Assembly: GCA_003971905.1 (NCBI GenBank)
Contig: RSEE01000034.1
Span: forward strand, 1 to 64,000
DNA length: 64,000 nucleotides
Origin: Moniliella sp. 'wahieum'
Lineage: Eukaryota
Direction: 5' to 3'
Part shown: positions 22,300-35,533 of the stretch, piece after piece
Position numbering within the stretch: position 1 is the stretch's first letter
Layout of the letters: every line of letters begins with the position of its first letter
Notes under the pieces: generated by a model
What the model saw: only the letters and a program-made list of their open reading frames with translations
The model's database searches: none
Told to the model about the DNA's origin: nothing
Made by a program: the position numbers and the translations under genes

Positions 22300-25200
22300 C
22301 TAATCAAAGTCGCCTGCCATGCGTCGCCCTCGCCTTCCCCCTCGAGCGGCGATCCACATCGACCACGGCTGCAGCACATTTGGGGCATGCAGCTGCGACG
22401 ATTCCATCCAGCTCCTGCCGAGCACTGCCATGCGTGCCTCGTCTTCCGGGGGCACATCCCTGTCTGTGGGGGGGCGCGACAGGGCCTGAACCAGCACTTG
22501 CACCGTCCTCTTTGACGGGGGTGCGTCGATAGTCGTCAACGTAGGAACCTTGCGAGGGAGGCGAGACGATTGTGTGACGCAACCCAGGCACGGAGGGTGC
22601 GGCGGGGCGCCCGCGTCGCAACTGCCTCCACAGACAGGCGAGGTGGAACGCATGGCCACAGATAAACGTGTAAACGGAGTGGAAGGGGGCAATAGGGAAG
22701 CGCGCATCCGATGCAGACTTGTTCGGGGGAGTGTGACGAAACGGGTGGATTGGAGCGCAAGCGTTTGACCCTGGGCCCTTTGGGCGCTCGACGCGGCTTC
22801 GTCCAGTGCATGACTTAAATGCGTGATTTGAGATGCGTAGCTCTCCAGTGCACTGGTTACCTGGGCCTTAAACGCATCCATCACCACAAAGTCTGGGAAA
22901 TAGGGCAGCACATCCTCGATGGACAACACCCCTTTGTTGCACCAGCTCCATTGCCCGTCCCACGTCCTGCTCCTCCACCACATACCGTGCAATCTGAGCC
23001 AAAGTGCCTTTCGCCGCCCCGTGCCGCGGCATGCCGATTCGACGTCTTTACCCTCCAAAGCTAGATCGACCGCGTCGCCTGCACGACCCATAAGAGTGTA
23101 GACACGCACTGCCGCTGCCCCTGGCCAGTGCGAGACTCCGCAGAGCATACGCCAGATCGTAGTGCGCCTCATGATTGTCGATAAAAGGAAGCAACTCCCC
23201 ATCCTTGGCCAGGAGTGCAACCAGAGTATTATGAATCGCCACGTCCGTTGCGCCACCCTCGACGAGATGAAGCAAGAATCGCACGCCTCCTTTGGGTACA
23301 GGAGGAGCGATGGTAGTAGCCGACGTACCTCCAACCGCGGCTCCTTGATCCAAGCGTCGACTGTCTCCTTGCCCTCGTGCGAAGGAGAAGGGTAGCCGTG
23401 GAATAGTATAGCTCCATGTCGTCCTGCTGAGCGAGTGTGCGCAAGGCTTGAGAATAATCTCCGTGGTCGAGGTACCATTGCAGCCTGGTCTTGTGATCCC
23501 CGTGACGGTGGCGAAATGAAGAAGAACTTGTTCACGTGCATGCAGACGGGCTAGACGGTACACGCTTGAAGGGGCCAGCACATCTTTCTGCACCTCCAGA
23601 AGCGTCTGGACCTCATCCTGCACCTCTTTTGCGCGCCGGGTAAACCATTCCACTTCCTCACCAGCTCCTTGTGCCGCACCCGTATCCTCCAACTCGTCCC
23701 ACCGCGCCAACAGAGCTTCCAGCAGCCACGTTCCATCATCATCCGCGCCAGCTTGTTCTTCTTTGGGGTGCGCTGCAGTTTGGTGGCTAGGTAAGTGCGC
23801 AAGCCCCACCGCCATCGGGCTCGCCGAGCGTCGCATCCGCCTCCGACAGGGCCAAAACCATCTTCTCAAATGGTCGGATGGTTGTTTGTGCATACAGCCC
23901 TGCAGCCTGAACGACCAATTGACGCTTCTCGTCCACGCTCAAGTTGTTCCGCGCACGCTCCCTCGATAAGCCCAGAGCATGGAGAATGAGCCGGTCGCCC
24001 TGGGAGGCGACTACCGCTTCCCTCGCTGCAGGAGAAGGGGCGAGTTCAAGAGCTTGAGCGAACCGATTCCGCCGCAACAAGGCTTTCCATATATGCCGTT
24101 CTTCCCTTTGGATGACCAGCTCAAAGATGCTGGCAGAGGTATAAATCCATACGGTGTGCTTCAGCGGGTCGGAGGAGACGCCGCGCACCTCCTCTCCCTC
24201 CATCAACAAGGACGTTAGAGATGCACTGAACACATGGGCATCGTCCACGTTCCTAATACACTCCACTCGTGCGGGGGAGGCGTAGAGCAAGACAGTGTGG
24301 AAGCGAGTGAGGCCATGCTTAATGGTTCCTCCTGAGATGGGAACGGAAGGAGTGAGCTTCCTCCAACACCTTGTCGCCGAGAGAAGCATGATACACCCCT
24401 GGTGCCACCAGCCACGCGATCTGAGTGCTGGTCCCGACTGCCGGTGCCGGTTGCGGATCGGGAACGAGCTGAAGCGACAGCCGGCGTGGTTCTGTCTTCG
24501 GAAGAGAATGAGGTGTCCATACTCTCAATACGGAAGAGTCGGGCTTGGCCAATGGAGGAACCTCAGAACGAAGACACTTGGTCGAGTCCCATTCACCGGA
24601 ACGATCGCGGTACAGAGCGAAAAGGCGTTCAAATTCACCCGTCTCCTGGGGGGGAGGAAGCCCACCATCAGTCACCTGCGCGGTTAACGAATGAGGATCA
24701 AAGCCAACCCCTTTCCTCCGGGGTCCGATGGGACCCTCAAACTCGTATATCCGACTTGCTGTGGTTGCAATAACGTATGCCTTGTCGCCCTTGATCAGTG
24801 CAGTGTGCAACCCCCGGACACGCTCCGGTAGAGGCAGGTAGAACATCCGTGTCCAATGGGCTTCCACTTCATCTGCCGTTGGAGTGCGGCCAGTGAGACG
24901 GTCGAGAAAGTCCATCTCTCCTCGTTGGGTGAGGGTGAGCGCAGTCTCCCAAATCTCTCCATTCCGTGTACCGATGAGGATGGGGCCGGTGGAGGAAGGC
25001 GAGGGGCGAAGCCAGGCCACACTTTCTACCTGTAGGCCAAGAGCGTGGGCACGGGGAAGCGCGCGCGCTCGCTTCCATCCACTCTTCCACCAGTACATCT
25101 GCGCAGAGGAGGGATGGGAAAGTAGGGCATGGGTGCCGGTGTGGTCAAAACAGTCGGTAGCCTCCGGATGGGGGGCCAGGGGGACCTCCTCCACTGTGCC

Positions 25201-25522
25201 GGGTTGTCGAGATCAATGCGGTTCAGGCGTGCGCCCTTGGACGATAGAAGACACATGACCATCACGTTGTTGGCGACCTGTAGGGACTGGAGGGGCGCCG
25301 GAAAGGCGTACTGCACGCGCCCGAGCGTGAAGAGCGCATCGCTGTTGGTCTGAGGGTCGGGGCATCGGCGACGGCTTCTGCCCCTGGCCCGACCCGTCGG
25401 GCAGCTCACCGAGCCCGAACCCGTACACGCCGGCTTCGACGGCAAGGACGGCATCGGTGAGCAGGCGCTCGTTGCCGGGCGGGGCGAAGCGGGTGGGGGG
25501 CGTGGGGCTGATCCAGCTCCAT
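22300..25522 (-). CDS. VPS18: Vacuolar protein sorting protein 18 / Pep3 (HOPS/CORVET subunit); multiple frameshifts
   Basis: LQVANNVMVM...RIDLDNP, ILIGTRNGEIWE, TVWIYTSASIFELVIQREERHIWK, LSIEDVLPYFPDFVVMDAFK, C-terminal RING region (CGHAFH; LDGIVAAACPKC). Ends approximate. Confidence 0.9.
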
Positions 25523-27265
25523 TGGTGGTTGGGGTATCAAGCTGCGAGGGGCTTGTCGGCGCGCTGGGAACACGACGCCCATGCGCTGGGCAGCATCCAT
25601 GAAACTTTCATCCGTCCATTCCGCCCGGCCCGCCGGTGGTCCACACTGCCACTTGCCTCACATCAATCCCATCGTTGGCACTCTCTGTAGCGATCCGATT
25701 CGAGGGGGATTGGGACCACGAAGGAACCCTCCCCTCCACGGCGATGAGTGTACGATTACCCACACCCTCTATCCACTGATGTGACCCTGAACGGCCCTCC
25801 ACACCCCCTTCCCGAAAAGATCGTACACATTCATGATGCGGCCTGAAGCTTGAAGCTTGAAGATCGATTCGAGAAGGGCACTAAGAATCCACAAGGCAGG
25901 GCAGAGCGCCAGCCACATGCACATCTGTTTCTGACTAATGAAAAGAGGACTTTAGTGCTCATCGTGCTACCCTTTACCGTAGACATGCCTCGGCGGCGGT
26001 TACTCTAGTCATCATAGTAGAGATAGCCACCAAAACCCATAAATAGTCGCGGAACACATGTGGGCCTCCCACGGCTCGCCTGGACCAGGAGGATCATGGC
26101 CCGCCGCACCTCAGAGAGGGGCAGACTAACCCCCTAGGAGCGCGAGGCTCAAGCTCACAGACGAAGCGGCAGGAGGCCTGGCCCAAGCTGGCACCATTAC
26201 TCTTGGAGACGGGAACGCGATACTGGGACGGAGGAAATGACCAGCACCGAACTTTTAAGTCTGTGTTAAACCTCATGTCAGTAACGCAAAAATAGAGGTG
26301 AGGATAGGCATAGTATGCTACACACCTCCTTTGGATATTTTGTTCGAAGAAAAGAAGCAAGACGCGCGACGACAGGCCGAGGATTAAAATGCACAACTGT
26401 GGAGGGCGGAATTTCGTGTCCCTTCCGCTCGTCCTGACCAAATGGCATATTCATATTGCAGGGCCCGTGCGCCGAGCCAAAAGAGATGCTGTAGAACTCA
26501 AGTCGATACGGATAAGCGGAAGCGATGAGCACATATATATCTGCTTCCCTTCCCTTTGTGCAAGCCATGGACAAAGATGTTAACGCCAATGACATTCGAG
26601 ACAAGAGCAGCCCCTTAGCTTCGACTCCAGCAGTTTGACTACAAACCCGAGTTGGCCTGACCAAAAGTAACCACCTCCGATTCTCCGAACTGCAACCAAT
26701 ATCTGGGGGGTGGATGAGACTGTCAAGGCCAAGGATAGTGTGTCACATGCTACATGAATGTCAGTGTGCATGGGGCCGACGCTGCTGTTGTGCTTCGACT
26801 CTGTCATGCCTGAATCTTCCGTTGAAATAGATCCGACCATCTGGCATATCTCCCCTCTTTTTAAACGCTGAAGTGCGGTCCTCTCCTCCGTGTATATATG
26901 GAATCGCATTTGCCCATATGCGCCTGCAAAGCATAGGATAAACCCCAGAAGCTCCAAACCAAGTTTAGATTTAAAGGCTTGCTGGGGAGCCCACATCATG
27001 ATTCATGGGGCGTCCATCTTCTTTGTGAATGAGCAAAGCCTCATGAAGCTTCAAGGGTGCTATCAAGTTTTGATCACATTGGGACTAACATGCATCAACA
27101 GGGTGTGCAAGTTTGCTGTGAAGGTCGAAGCTATTATATAGCTCCTGCCACGTTCGCACCATTTTGATCTAAACGACTACCTGAAGCCATTTTCCGCTCA
27201 CAGGATACAGCCCAAAAGCTGCAGATACCCCCCTGTGCGTCTTTTCTTCATCATGATGAATTGAC

Positions 27266-27944
27266 CTAGGTGTGTGCCGGCACATCCACCTTCCCCAAGG
27301 GGATCAGCCTCGCACCTTCAGCGTCAATCACGCGCACCGTCCATCGCCCAGATCGACCAAGAATCGTTTCCGCAGTTCGAGATGCACTTGCGCAGCAGGT
27401 TCAGTGCGCTTTCCAGATCCATGTCGGGGGAGTGCCAGCGGTCCATAGTCCCCATGGTGAAGTGAGCGCCGTATCCGTGCGCGGCAAATGGCACCTCAGC
27501 CAGGTACCAAGGTAGTCCAGCCAGAACAACTTGGGCGTCTGGGTGGGTGTGTCGTACCCGCCCAAGAGCATATTGACTTGATATGGGTTGCGCGATCGCA
27601 ACGATTCGGCAATCGTCTTGCGTGTCCAGGCAGCTGCCGCCTGCGGCCGGAGCTCGACGTGGTTCCTTCACCGTGTCAGTTTGCCCCAACATGAGCATAC
27701 GACCATACCATTACATCAGGGAAATGCCAACATACCGGATGCCGTACAGCTTGATGTTCTTCTCGACAAATTCGGCAAACTGCAGTGTATCGCCCGACTC
27801 GCCAGAGCAGGCCAGGATGAGGTGTGGCGAGAGGACCTTCTGCTTATCCTGGTCTCCCTTCATCTTGACAATGGAACGTGCCGCCGTTGTATCGGAAGCA
27901 ATGAGGGTGAAGCCTTTTCCAGTAATCCCGAACGAACATTCCAT
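27266..27944 (-). CDS. PRE1: 20S proteasome subunit beta4 (PSMB2/Pre1)
   Basis: MECSFGITGKGFTLIASD...GESGDTLQFAEFVEKNIKLY; intron after ~27733; RSRNPYQVNMLLGGYD; VPFAAHGYG; TAG at 27266-27268. Confidence 0.95.
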
Positions 27945-28362
27945 CGTCGTTAATGTAGTCGTGTGGTGGTGCCGGTGACACTTGGGAGAGTAAAGCGCTC
28001 ATATCAAGTGGGTGGCTAGGCCGCGCAATGCCATTCCGCCAGGCGGAATTCTATTTTCTGGGGCAAATTGCTGTTTGAGATGAACTACTTGCCCTTCGCC
28101 TGCTTCGCCTGCTTTTATGCTGAAACTCCCTCGCTCCATCCGGGACATCCATGCTCTCTCAATGGCCGGCTGTGGAGAAGAGGACGCGGCATGGGCGGAG
28201 GGGAGGAAGTGAGTACGGTACGGACTGCCCCATGATAGGGCAAGGGGCGTTCCGAGGATCAGGAACGGAGATGAAGCACACACGTTTTGAGAGGGATTTT
28301 CACGCCTCCACAAAAAAAGGGGAAAAAAGGTCCAGTTTGTTGACAGGACCGAGTGTGATTAG

Positions 28363-28503
28363 AGTGATACGGTCGAGAAAATCCACCTTACTTGTTTGAG
28401 TAAGGGTGACCACAGTATCCTCAATCTCTCCATTCCGCGTACCAATGAGGATGGAGCCGGTGAAGGAAGGGGAGGGGAGTTGCGAGGCCACACTTTCTCC
28501 CTG
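28363..28503 (-). pseudogene. Degenerate 141-bp duplicate of part of VPS18
   Basis: Ungapped alignment to 24892-25032 at roughly 80% identity (counted by eye); still translates to ILIGTRNGEI. Confidence 0.85.
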
Positions 28504-28764
28504 CGCTTATGAGACGGCAATACACCTGAACCCACTTTCAATCGGTCAATTAAGCCTACAGAGGGTGTCCGCACTGCATCCTCCCGTTTTCCATATCCCT
28601 TCCCCACTCCCCATATTCTTCCATCATTATTCCCACTAGTATACATACTGAATGGTGGTTCTTTCTTACACCCGCCGGCCTCTTGCTTTGCGGGTCTTTT
28701 CGTAGTTCAAAACATCATCCGGACCCTCCCAGTATTTGCCAACCCCCATTCATATAACCATATA

Positions 28765-28922
28765 GGGACCGGATGGCGAGAACCGGAGGGTCCTGATACC
28801 CTGGCGATCCCACTGGTTCCTTAACCTTGGTGGCGCTTCCAAGTAACCCCCGCAAGATGAACGGTTAGGTCTAGATGTAGCGTTCTCCCTGTCCCAGCCT
28901 TAAGCTCGGTCAATGAAATGGA
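28765..28922 (+). mobile_element. 5'-truncated copy of the CRE element 3' end
   Basis: Aligns with 10423-10580 (gggaccggatggc...ccggagggtcctgata...gcaagatgaacggttagg...cctgtcccagcctt...aatgaaatgg). Confidence 0.9.
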
Positions 28923-29582
28923 CGTGATCTAGCTCTGTTGCCTCCTCTTGTAATAGGTTGACAAGGATGAGATCGTGAGTTTCCCGATGCTACACCAACA
29001 TATGGTGATGCAACAGCAGTAGCGGAGTATAGTGGTGGTCTAAGCCGATTAGACCCTGAAGTTAAATCCCTAACAATGCTCAAAGTCCCACCGAGGCCCA
29101 ACGATGTATAAGCTTCGGAGCCAGGTTAGAGGCCAAAGGCCAAGGCTAATCCCGCCGCCTTGGGACGCTATTGATAGTTCCACACAAAGCGCGCCACAGG
29201 CACATTGGCAACGGCGTTGTTGTAATATTGGGCTTTTGCCAATGCAGACGAGTGCGTTGCCCTCTTCGGATGGTATCATCGGGTACATTGAGTGCCTCGA
29301 CGATATACGGATAGAACTGCCATGGAAGAGATTGGTCTTTTTGGTGCTCTCAAAACCTAATACAGCCCTCAAATGCCGCAGGACCGCGCATTGTAGCAAT
29401 GGGGCCCGCTTTAGTCATTGGGGAACGGCCGATTGGGGGCCTCTTGCGCTTACTATCCATAGACAGGTTATCCTCGTCGGCTATCCGCGTGGGCATCCTC
29501 ATCCTCATTGGTCCCGCATATGAATGGTGGCCGGTGGATGGGCAGTTCCCTAGCGACTGGAGATATCGCCAGCAGGCAAGCC

Positions 29583-29636
29583 TTAACGTTTAACGTTTAA
29601 CGTTTAACGTTTAACGTTTAACGTTTAATGTTTAAC
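29583..29636. repeat. (TTAACGT)n array, about 7.5 units
   Basis: Direct reading of the sequence. Confidence 0.95.
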
Positions 29637-29965
29637 ACCGTTCCTGGTTGCCGGTTGTCCGTCTGAATACGGGTATTACCCCGCCGGCCAAAGGGCGCAG
29701 CGTCGTGGCACGGCACCAGTGTCAGCCCCCCCTCGGCGCCAATGGATTTTGGCAATTTCAAGCCGCCCGCCCGCGCGCCCCGAAGCAGCAGAAGACGCTC
29801 CGCTCGGCCGGAGAGCCGGCGCGAGTATCTGGCAACGACAGGCTGGCTCTGCTGACTAGGACTAGTGTGGTGACAGCCACTAGTCACCTCGTCACATGTC
29901 ACAGCCGCCCCCGCCACCACCATTCATATTCACCACTCGCCCGTTCAGCCTTCCCCACCTTCTCC

Positions 29966-31758
29966 ATGGCTTCGTGGAAGCTCGGAAAAAGTACGTGTGC
30001 GCAGGGCATCCCTCGTGGCCAGGCACTAACTTCGCCCCAGAACTCAAGGACGGCGCCTTGTCCGCGCGCCAGCTCAAGCAACTTGGCTGAGCAAGCCCAA
30101 TCCACCCCGCCCACCGACCCCCCCAGCAATGGCGCCATGCCGCCGCCCCTTGCCTCGGCTACGGGGCCCCCATTGCGCGCACTGGCGTGCTCACCATTGC
30201 CGTTGTGCAAGCACGCGGCCTGAGCATGCCGGCTGGCACACCCGTACCAGACGCCGTTGCCCGTGCTGCCCAGCGGACTTGGAGATGGGCCACCCGTTGG
30301 GGTCGGTAGTCTCTATGGTTCATCCCTTGGCCACAACGTGGCCCAAGCTCCCGCCGTTCCATTTACCCTGGGCACAAGCGGGATGTTGGTGGCTCCCCTA
30401 TGCCGTGCTCGAGTTTGACAAGAACGAGGTCTGCTCGACTCGGTTGCCGGCGATCTGGCAATCCGTGTTGGCTCTACAAGGCCAACTTGATGTCAGTCGC
30501 AACTCGGAGCTATCGTTGTCGATTTACCTTCGTGCGCAAGAGATGCCTCCAAATGGAAATGAGGGTGGGGGCGACGAAGCGATGGGTGTGGCCGATGTCT
30601 TTCTCGGATCCGTCAAGTTTGTGCCGGACTTTGACGGTAGCGCGTCAACCGTCTCTCCTCGGACAGGGTACGGACGAGTGGTTTGCCGTTTCGGGTGGAA
30701 CCGGACAGGTGCGTTTGCAAGTCGCCTACCGTCCCACAGGGCCGTCTGAGAAGATTGACATGAGTAGCTTTGAGCTGCTCAAGGTCATTGGTAAGGGCTC
30801 GTTTGGTAAGGTGATGCAAGTGCGCAAGCGGGACACTAGCCGGATCTACGCGATGAAACCTGCGCAAGGCCCACATTGTTAGCAGGAGAGGTTACGCATA
30901 CCCTGGCCGAACGTACAGTACTCGCTCAAGTCAACTGCCCATTTATCGTCCCATTGAAACTGTCTTTCCATCAACCGACAAGTTGTATCTCGTCCTTGCC
31001 TTTGTCAATGGTGGAGAACTATTCCATCATCTGCAGCAAGAGGGCAGGTTCAGCGAGGAACGCTCTCGCTTCTATTCTGCCGAATTGTTGCTGGCCTTGG
31101 AGCACCTACATGGCTTCCAGGTAATCTATCGTGACCTCAAACCCGAGAACATCTGCTCGACTACACGGGCCACATTGCGTTGTGTGATTTTGGCCTGTGT
31201 AAACTCAACATGGACGCCGAGACGACGACCAACACATTCTGTGGCACACCAGAGTACCTTTCTCCCGAGATCCTTTTGGGACAGGGCTATTCCAAGGCGG
31301 TGGACTGGTGGACGCTGGGGGTGCTTCTGTATGAGATGCTGACGGGATTGCCACCGTTTTACTCGGAGGACGTCAACGAAATGTACCGCAAGATTCTACA
31401 GGATCCTCTTCGGTTCCCTGACGACATGCACCCGGATGCTCGCTCGCTCCTTACGCTCCTTTTGCAGCGGGACCCGGCGCAGCGCTTGGGCTCGGGCGCA
31501 GCGGGGCCAGGCAATCAAGTCCCATCCGTTCTTTGCCAAGCATATTGATTGGGACCTGCTCTGGCAGAAAAAGGTGCGGCCACCATTAAGCCTAGTGTGG
31601 CCTCGGCCATCGACACGTCCAATTTTGACCCCGAATTCACCAACGAGTTCCACCGATTCCCTAGTGGACGACTCGCACCTCCTCTCGGCTACAGTCCAGG
31701 CCCAGTTTGCGGCTTTAGCTATACCGGTCCTTCGACGGGTCAGAGCCTGCGTGGGTAA
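29966..31758 (+). CDS. YPK1: AGC-family Ser/Thr kinase Ypk1/Gad8 (SGK-like)
   Basis: [14 protein letters not shown]; C2-like [74 protein letters not shown]; hydrophobic motif ...GFSY. Confidence 0.93.
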
Positions 31759-31929
31759 CCGGTATTCCTCTCCTCATGTACTCCCCTGGATTTTGCATTC
31801 TGTGGCTCTCTGTCCTGATCGTTTTTGGCCCTATATGTAAAACGGGCGAGCCAACGGCTGACAAGTGGATGAAAAGATTGATGGTTGATGGATGTTGCAC
31901 AGTAGAAGTACAGAGCAAACCAAGGTATG

Positions 31930-33133
31930 AACACTTCTTAGCTTCGTCGGGTGCCAAAACTTGGTCAGGTGGTGCTTCATACTTGGCCATCTCGATCGAG
32001 CGTTGAATCTCCTGCACCTCGGCAGGTTGGACCGGGTGAGAATCGACGGAATGGACCTCGGTGCGCAAGCGGTTGATCAAGCGGATGCCATTGACGGCCC
32101 TGCGGAACGTGAGCTTGCCGTCGAACGCCCGCTTCATATCGGGCAGCAGGTCTGCGTCTTGAGCCTCAGCCCCAGCCAGCCAAGGGTGCACAACGCCTGG
32201 TCTGCCGTCATGCGCTTGTTGGGGTCAATCACCAGGAGCTTGGTAATGAAGTCTTTGGCGGCTGGAGAGACACGTTCCCAGTACACGCTTGGTTCAAACG
32301 CATAGTCAGCCGAGGTGATTGCCTTGACTTCCTCCGCCATGGACTGACGGTCAAAAGGTGTGTAGCCCGACAACAAAAAGTAGGTAATCACGCCCACTGC
32401 CCAAAGATCCACTGGTTTATAGTGTCCTGTTTTGTTGAAGATTTCAGGTGCCATGTAGCCCGGCGTGCCGCACGTCGTGTTGAGCAGCACCATCTTATCA
32501 TCGTCCACGATGCGCGACAACCCGAAATCTGCAATCACCAGATCCGCCTCTTCACTTTTGTCTTTGAAGAGCAAGTTCTCTGGTTTAAGATCTATAGGGG
32601 AACATGTCAGCGCTGAGCTAGGGAGAGTTGGGGGGGGGGGGGGGAGGACATACCCCGATGAATGACACCGTTATCGTGCAAATATTTGACTGCACCTGTG
32701 ATAGTTCGAACGAGGTGGGCAGCGTCCCTAGTGTGGAGTAACAGGTTAGACCATGCCAGATTAGGTCGTGCAAGAGGGAGAAGGGGCGGGATCAACTACT
32801 TTTCATAGTAGGATCCGCGTTCGCAGATCCGATCAAACAGCTCCCCACCGGTGCAGAGCTCAGTTACGACATAGAGGTTGTTAAGCGTCTCGAAGTAGTC
32901 AACAAGGGTGACGCAGTTGGGGTGGCCTTGGGATACTTTTTTCATTGCCAAGATCTCGTTGCGGATCATGTGCTCCCGTCCGCGCAGCAGGTTCTTGCTA
33001 ATGATCTTGCAGGCAAAGCGTTCGCCATCGGCGATGCGCTGGGCCTCCTTGACGACGGCATATGTGCCACTGCCCAAGGTGCGCCAGTCTTGTATGCGCA
33101 CGGCACCGTCCGGACATTGGTTTGTGTCGGCAT
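31930..33133 (-). CDS. CMK1: Calcium/calmodulin-dependent protein kinase I-like
   Basis: LGSGTYAVVKEA...FACKII...GGELFDRICERGSYYE | DAAHLVRTI...YLHDNGVIHR | DLKPENLLF...ADFGLSR...TTCGTPGYMAPE; CaM-binding-like FRRAVNGIRLINRL. Two introns; stop approximate. Confidence 0.92.
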
Positions 33134-33807
33134 GGGCGGAAGAGGAGGTGGTGGGAGCGCGGGAGGGAGGCGCAGGATGGATGGAGCAAAAGCAGCAACA
33201 ACGGAGCGCAGGCCGTGGCTAGTATTCAGTACTCAGTACTCAGTACTCCGTGGCCGCCGCATCCACACCTCGATTTCAACGCCAATCCAGGCACGGCACC
33301 AGCAGGCACGCGCCCAGCCGACACTGCGCTGGTGCGCCTGTCGTCCCCGCACTAGCACCCTGGCACCAGGGGGCACACAGGATCGGATGGATGATGGCGC
33401 GCTGCTACCAGTGATTGACTTGCTCTGGCCTGTTCTGGCCACACCGCCTCCCCCTGTCGCCGCGCAGTTTGCACATCTCCCGCCCACGTCCGTCTGCCAG
33501 CCTCGTCCGGCCGATAGACAGCTGCTGCCGGCAGCCACCGGCCACCACCATCACCACCGATCACCTCAGCCGCGCTTTCTACGCGGCTATGTCCCTTGCT
33601 TTCCCCCTTTTGGTCACGTTCATGTCGCTACAGTTGGCGCTAAAACCTGTGGCTATCATATTGAGCTGCTGTCCATCACTAGTCACTTTGCCAACAGGCT
33701 TCCAGCCATTCTGTCTCAAAAGTCTTGTCGAGTTGCTTGTGGACATCTCTTGCCCGGTTCTTGCGTTCGAAAACCGCGCCTCATGCAACAAGCCGAATGG
33801 CAGTGCG

Positions 33808-34678
33808 TTACTTCATGTTTGGTCGTGTCCGCGCTGCCCTCCATTTCCGGATGGGACTGACAATGGTGCGAGCCATAGCCGGGGCCCAGGCCAGGGAGAG
33901 AGCGATTCGAAGTGGAAGTAGCATCTGCCGCATGACGAGCAGTTAGCAGGCAGGTCAGCTGAGTCCCACCGCGTTCGAGACGGAAAACACATACCTTGAC
34001 CACAACGTATGCAGCCACCGCATCGGCCAGAGCGCCGACCATGATTTCCTCCATAGGAATGGTATCATTGTACGCCGCTGCCGCATCGTCCTTTTCCCCA
34101 GCGACAATCTCGGCATGGTATCCGTACTTGCCCTTGCGTCGAGCTCGACTGACAACTTCCTCCACCCAACTCGCCATCCATCCCCGCTCCCCATCCGGAG
34201 AGGTAAGTGAGTCCCATGTTTGGGTGGGCACGATGGCTTGCAGCACATACACGCCCGCGCCAAAGTAGGTGAACGCGTAGAAACACAGCCCATGGCACAC
34301 CTGCGGTGAGCTCATGCAGCACCAAGAACGACAAGAACAGGCTTGTCTTGTTGGTTCCAGTCCGTTCCGCCAGCGCGTCCACGCGCGCTCGCACCTGGGT
34401 GAGCCAAGATGGGGAACGGTGGGTGCTCATGAGCCGTGTGCCCGAATGTGCTTGGAGGCGTAGATCAGAGTCGGTACACCGTGTCGCTGCCACCCTTGCA
34501 AGTCGTGGAAGCTCCAAGCGGGAAATCAAAGCCGGGGGTACGATGGCCGAGGCCCGCGAACGCGGCGTTGGAGCGATAGTGGTACGAATGGCCGTGGGAA
34601 CGCCCCCCCTGTAGAGGATAAGGACAAACGGACCTAGCCTTTCCAGCGGGGGGGGCTTACTCGCCAAAAGGGCCTCAT
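33808..34678 (-). CDS. FLILHELTA-family (yeast Mrx11/YPL041C-like) mitochondrial membrane protein
   Basis: SFLVLHELTA motif; AAYVVVK | intron | MLLPLRIALSLAWAP; TAA at 33808-33810; probable short first exon MRPFWR followed by gtaagc. Confidence 0.8.
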
Positions 34679-35533
34679 AGTGGTGGGGGCGCGGAGGATG
34701 GAAATTGGAAAAGATGATGTCACATAGATCAGTGTCAAAGCCCACCCAGCGCCGTTGGAGGCCCAATGATACGTTTCTGCCCAGACAGGGCGGTCAGTCG
34801 ACCTCAGTCGATGGTGCAAAAAATATGGCCCTACACAACAGCCAACTCAGATGCGAAAGACGACTACAGGGTAGGATTCCGGTAGGAAAATGATGCATTA
34901 ACACATAGCTCCCAGCCATGGGCAGGTTGCAGAAGGCTGTGTGCCAGCAAAGACAGCCAACGCCCGGTCAGGGAAGACGAGAATCAGATAGAATGCTTAA
35001 AGCGTATCGGCATCAACCGTTGCGAAGCGGCTGGATCCGTGCTTGACTCTAATTGTTAATGGATCATCATCTCGTCCTCGGCTGCGCGGGCGCACGCCGT
35101 ATCTTGCCAGCACAATGGGCAGTTGATTGGGGACCTGCGAAAGAGAAAGAAAAAACAGAGTGGATATGAGAAAAGCCAGCATGCATTGCTGGTGGCGTGT
35201 CGGGCCAGGTGGGAAGGGATGAGCGGTGAGGTGGTGGACGATGCGATGGAAGCGGAGCCCGCAGGCCAAGAAAAAACGGAGGCAAGTGGAGGGCGGTCGG
35301 TGCATCCTAGTTCCGCCACGGCGTCTACGCGGAACCGATCGAAGCCGGCGTGTCAGCGTTGTTGAGTGGGATGAACGTGAAATATTGCAAAGCGGCGTCG
35401 GTGCGTCAGGCTTCAGAGCTTCAGCTTCAGCTTCAAGTAGCAGTCGGAGGCGTCAGGGCCACAGCTTCCCAATGCGAAGGACGCCCCCCCCCACACACAC
35501 CACCTTCTCCCTTTCCGCAGCGCTCAGCACACC

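Noticed and set aside
25900..27200. Gene or TE in the lower-GC interval between VPS18 and PRE1
   Set aside because: Only short ORFs without recognisable motifs; cannot be supported from sequence alone.
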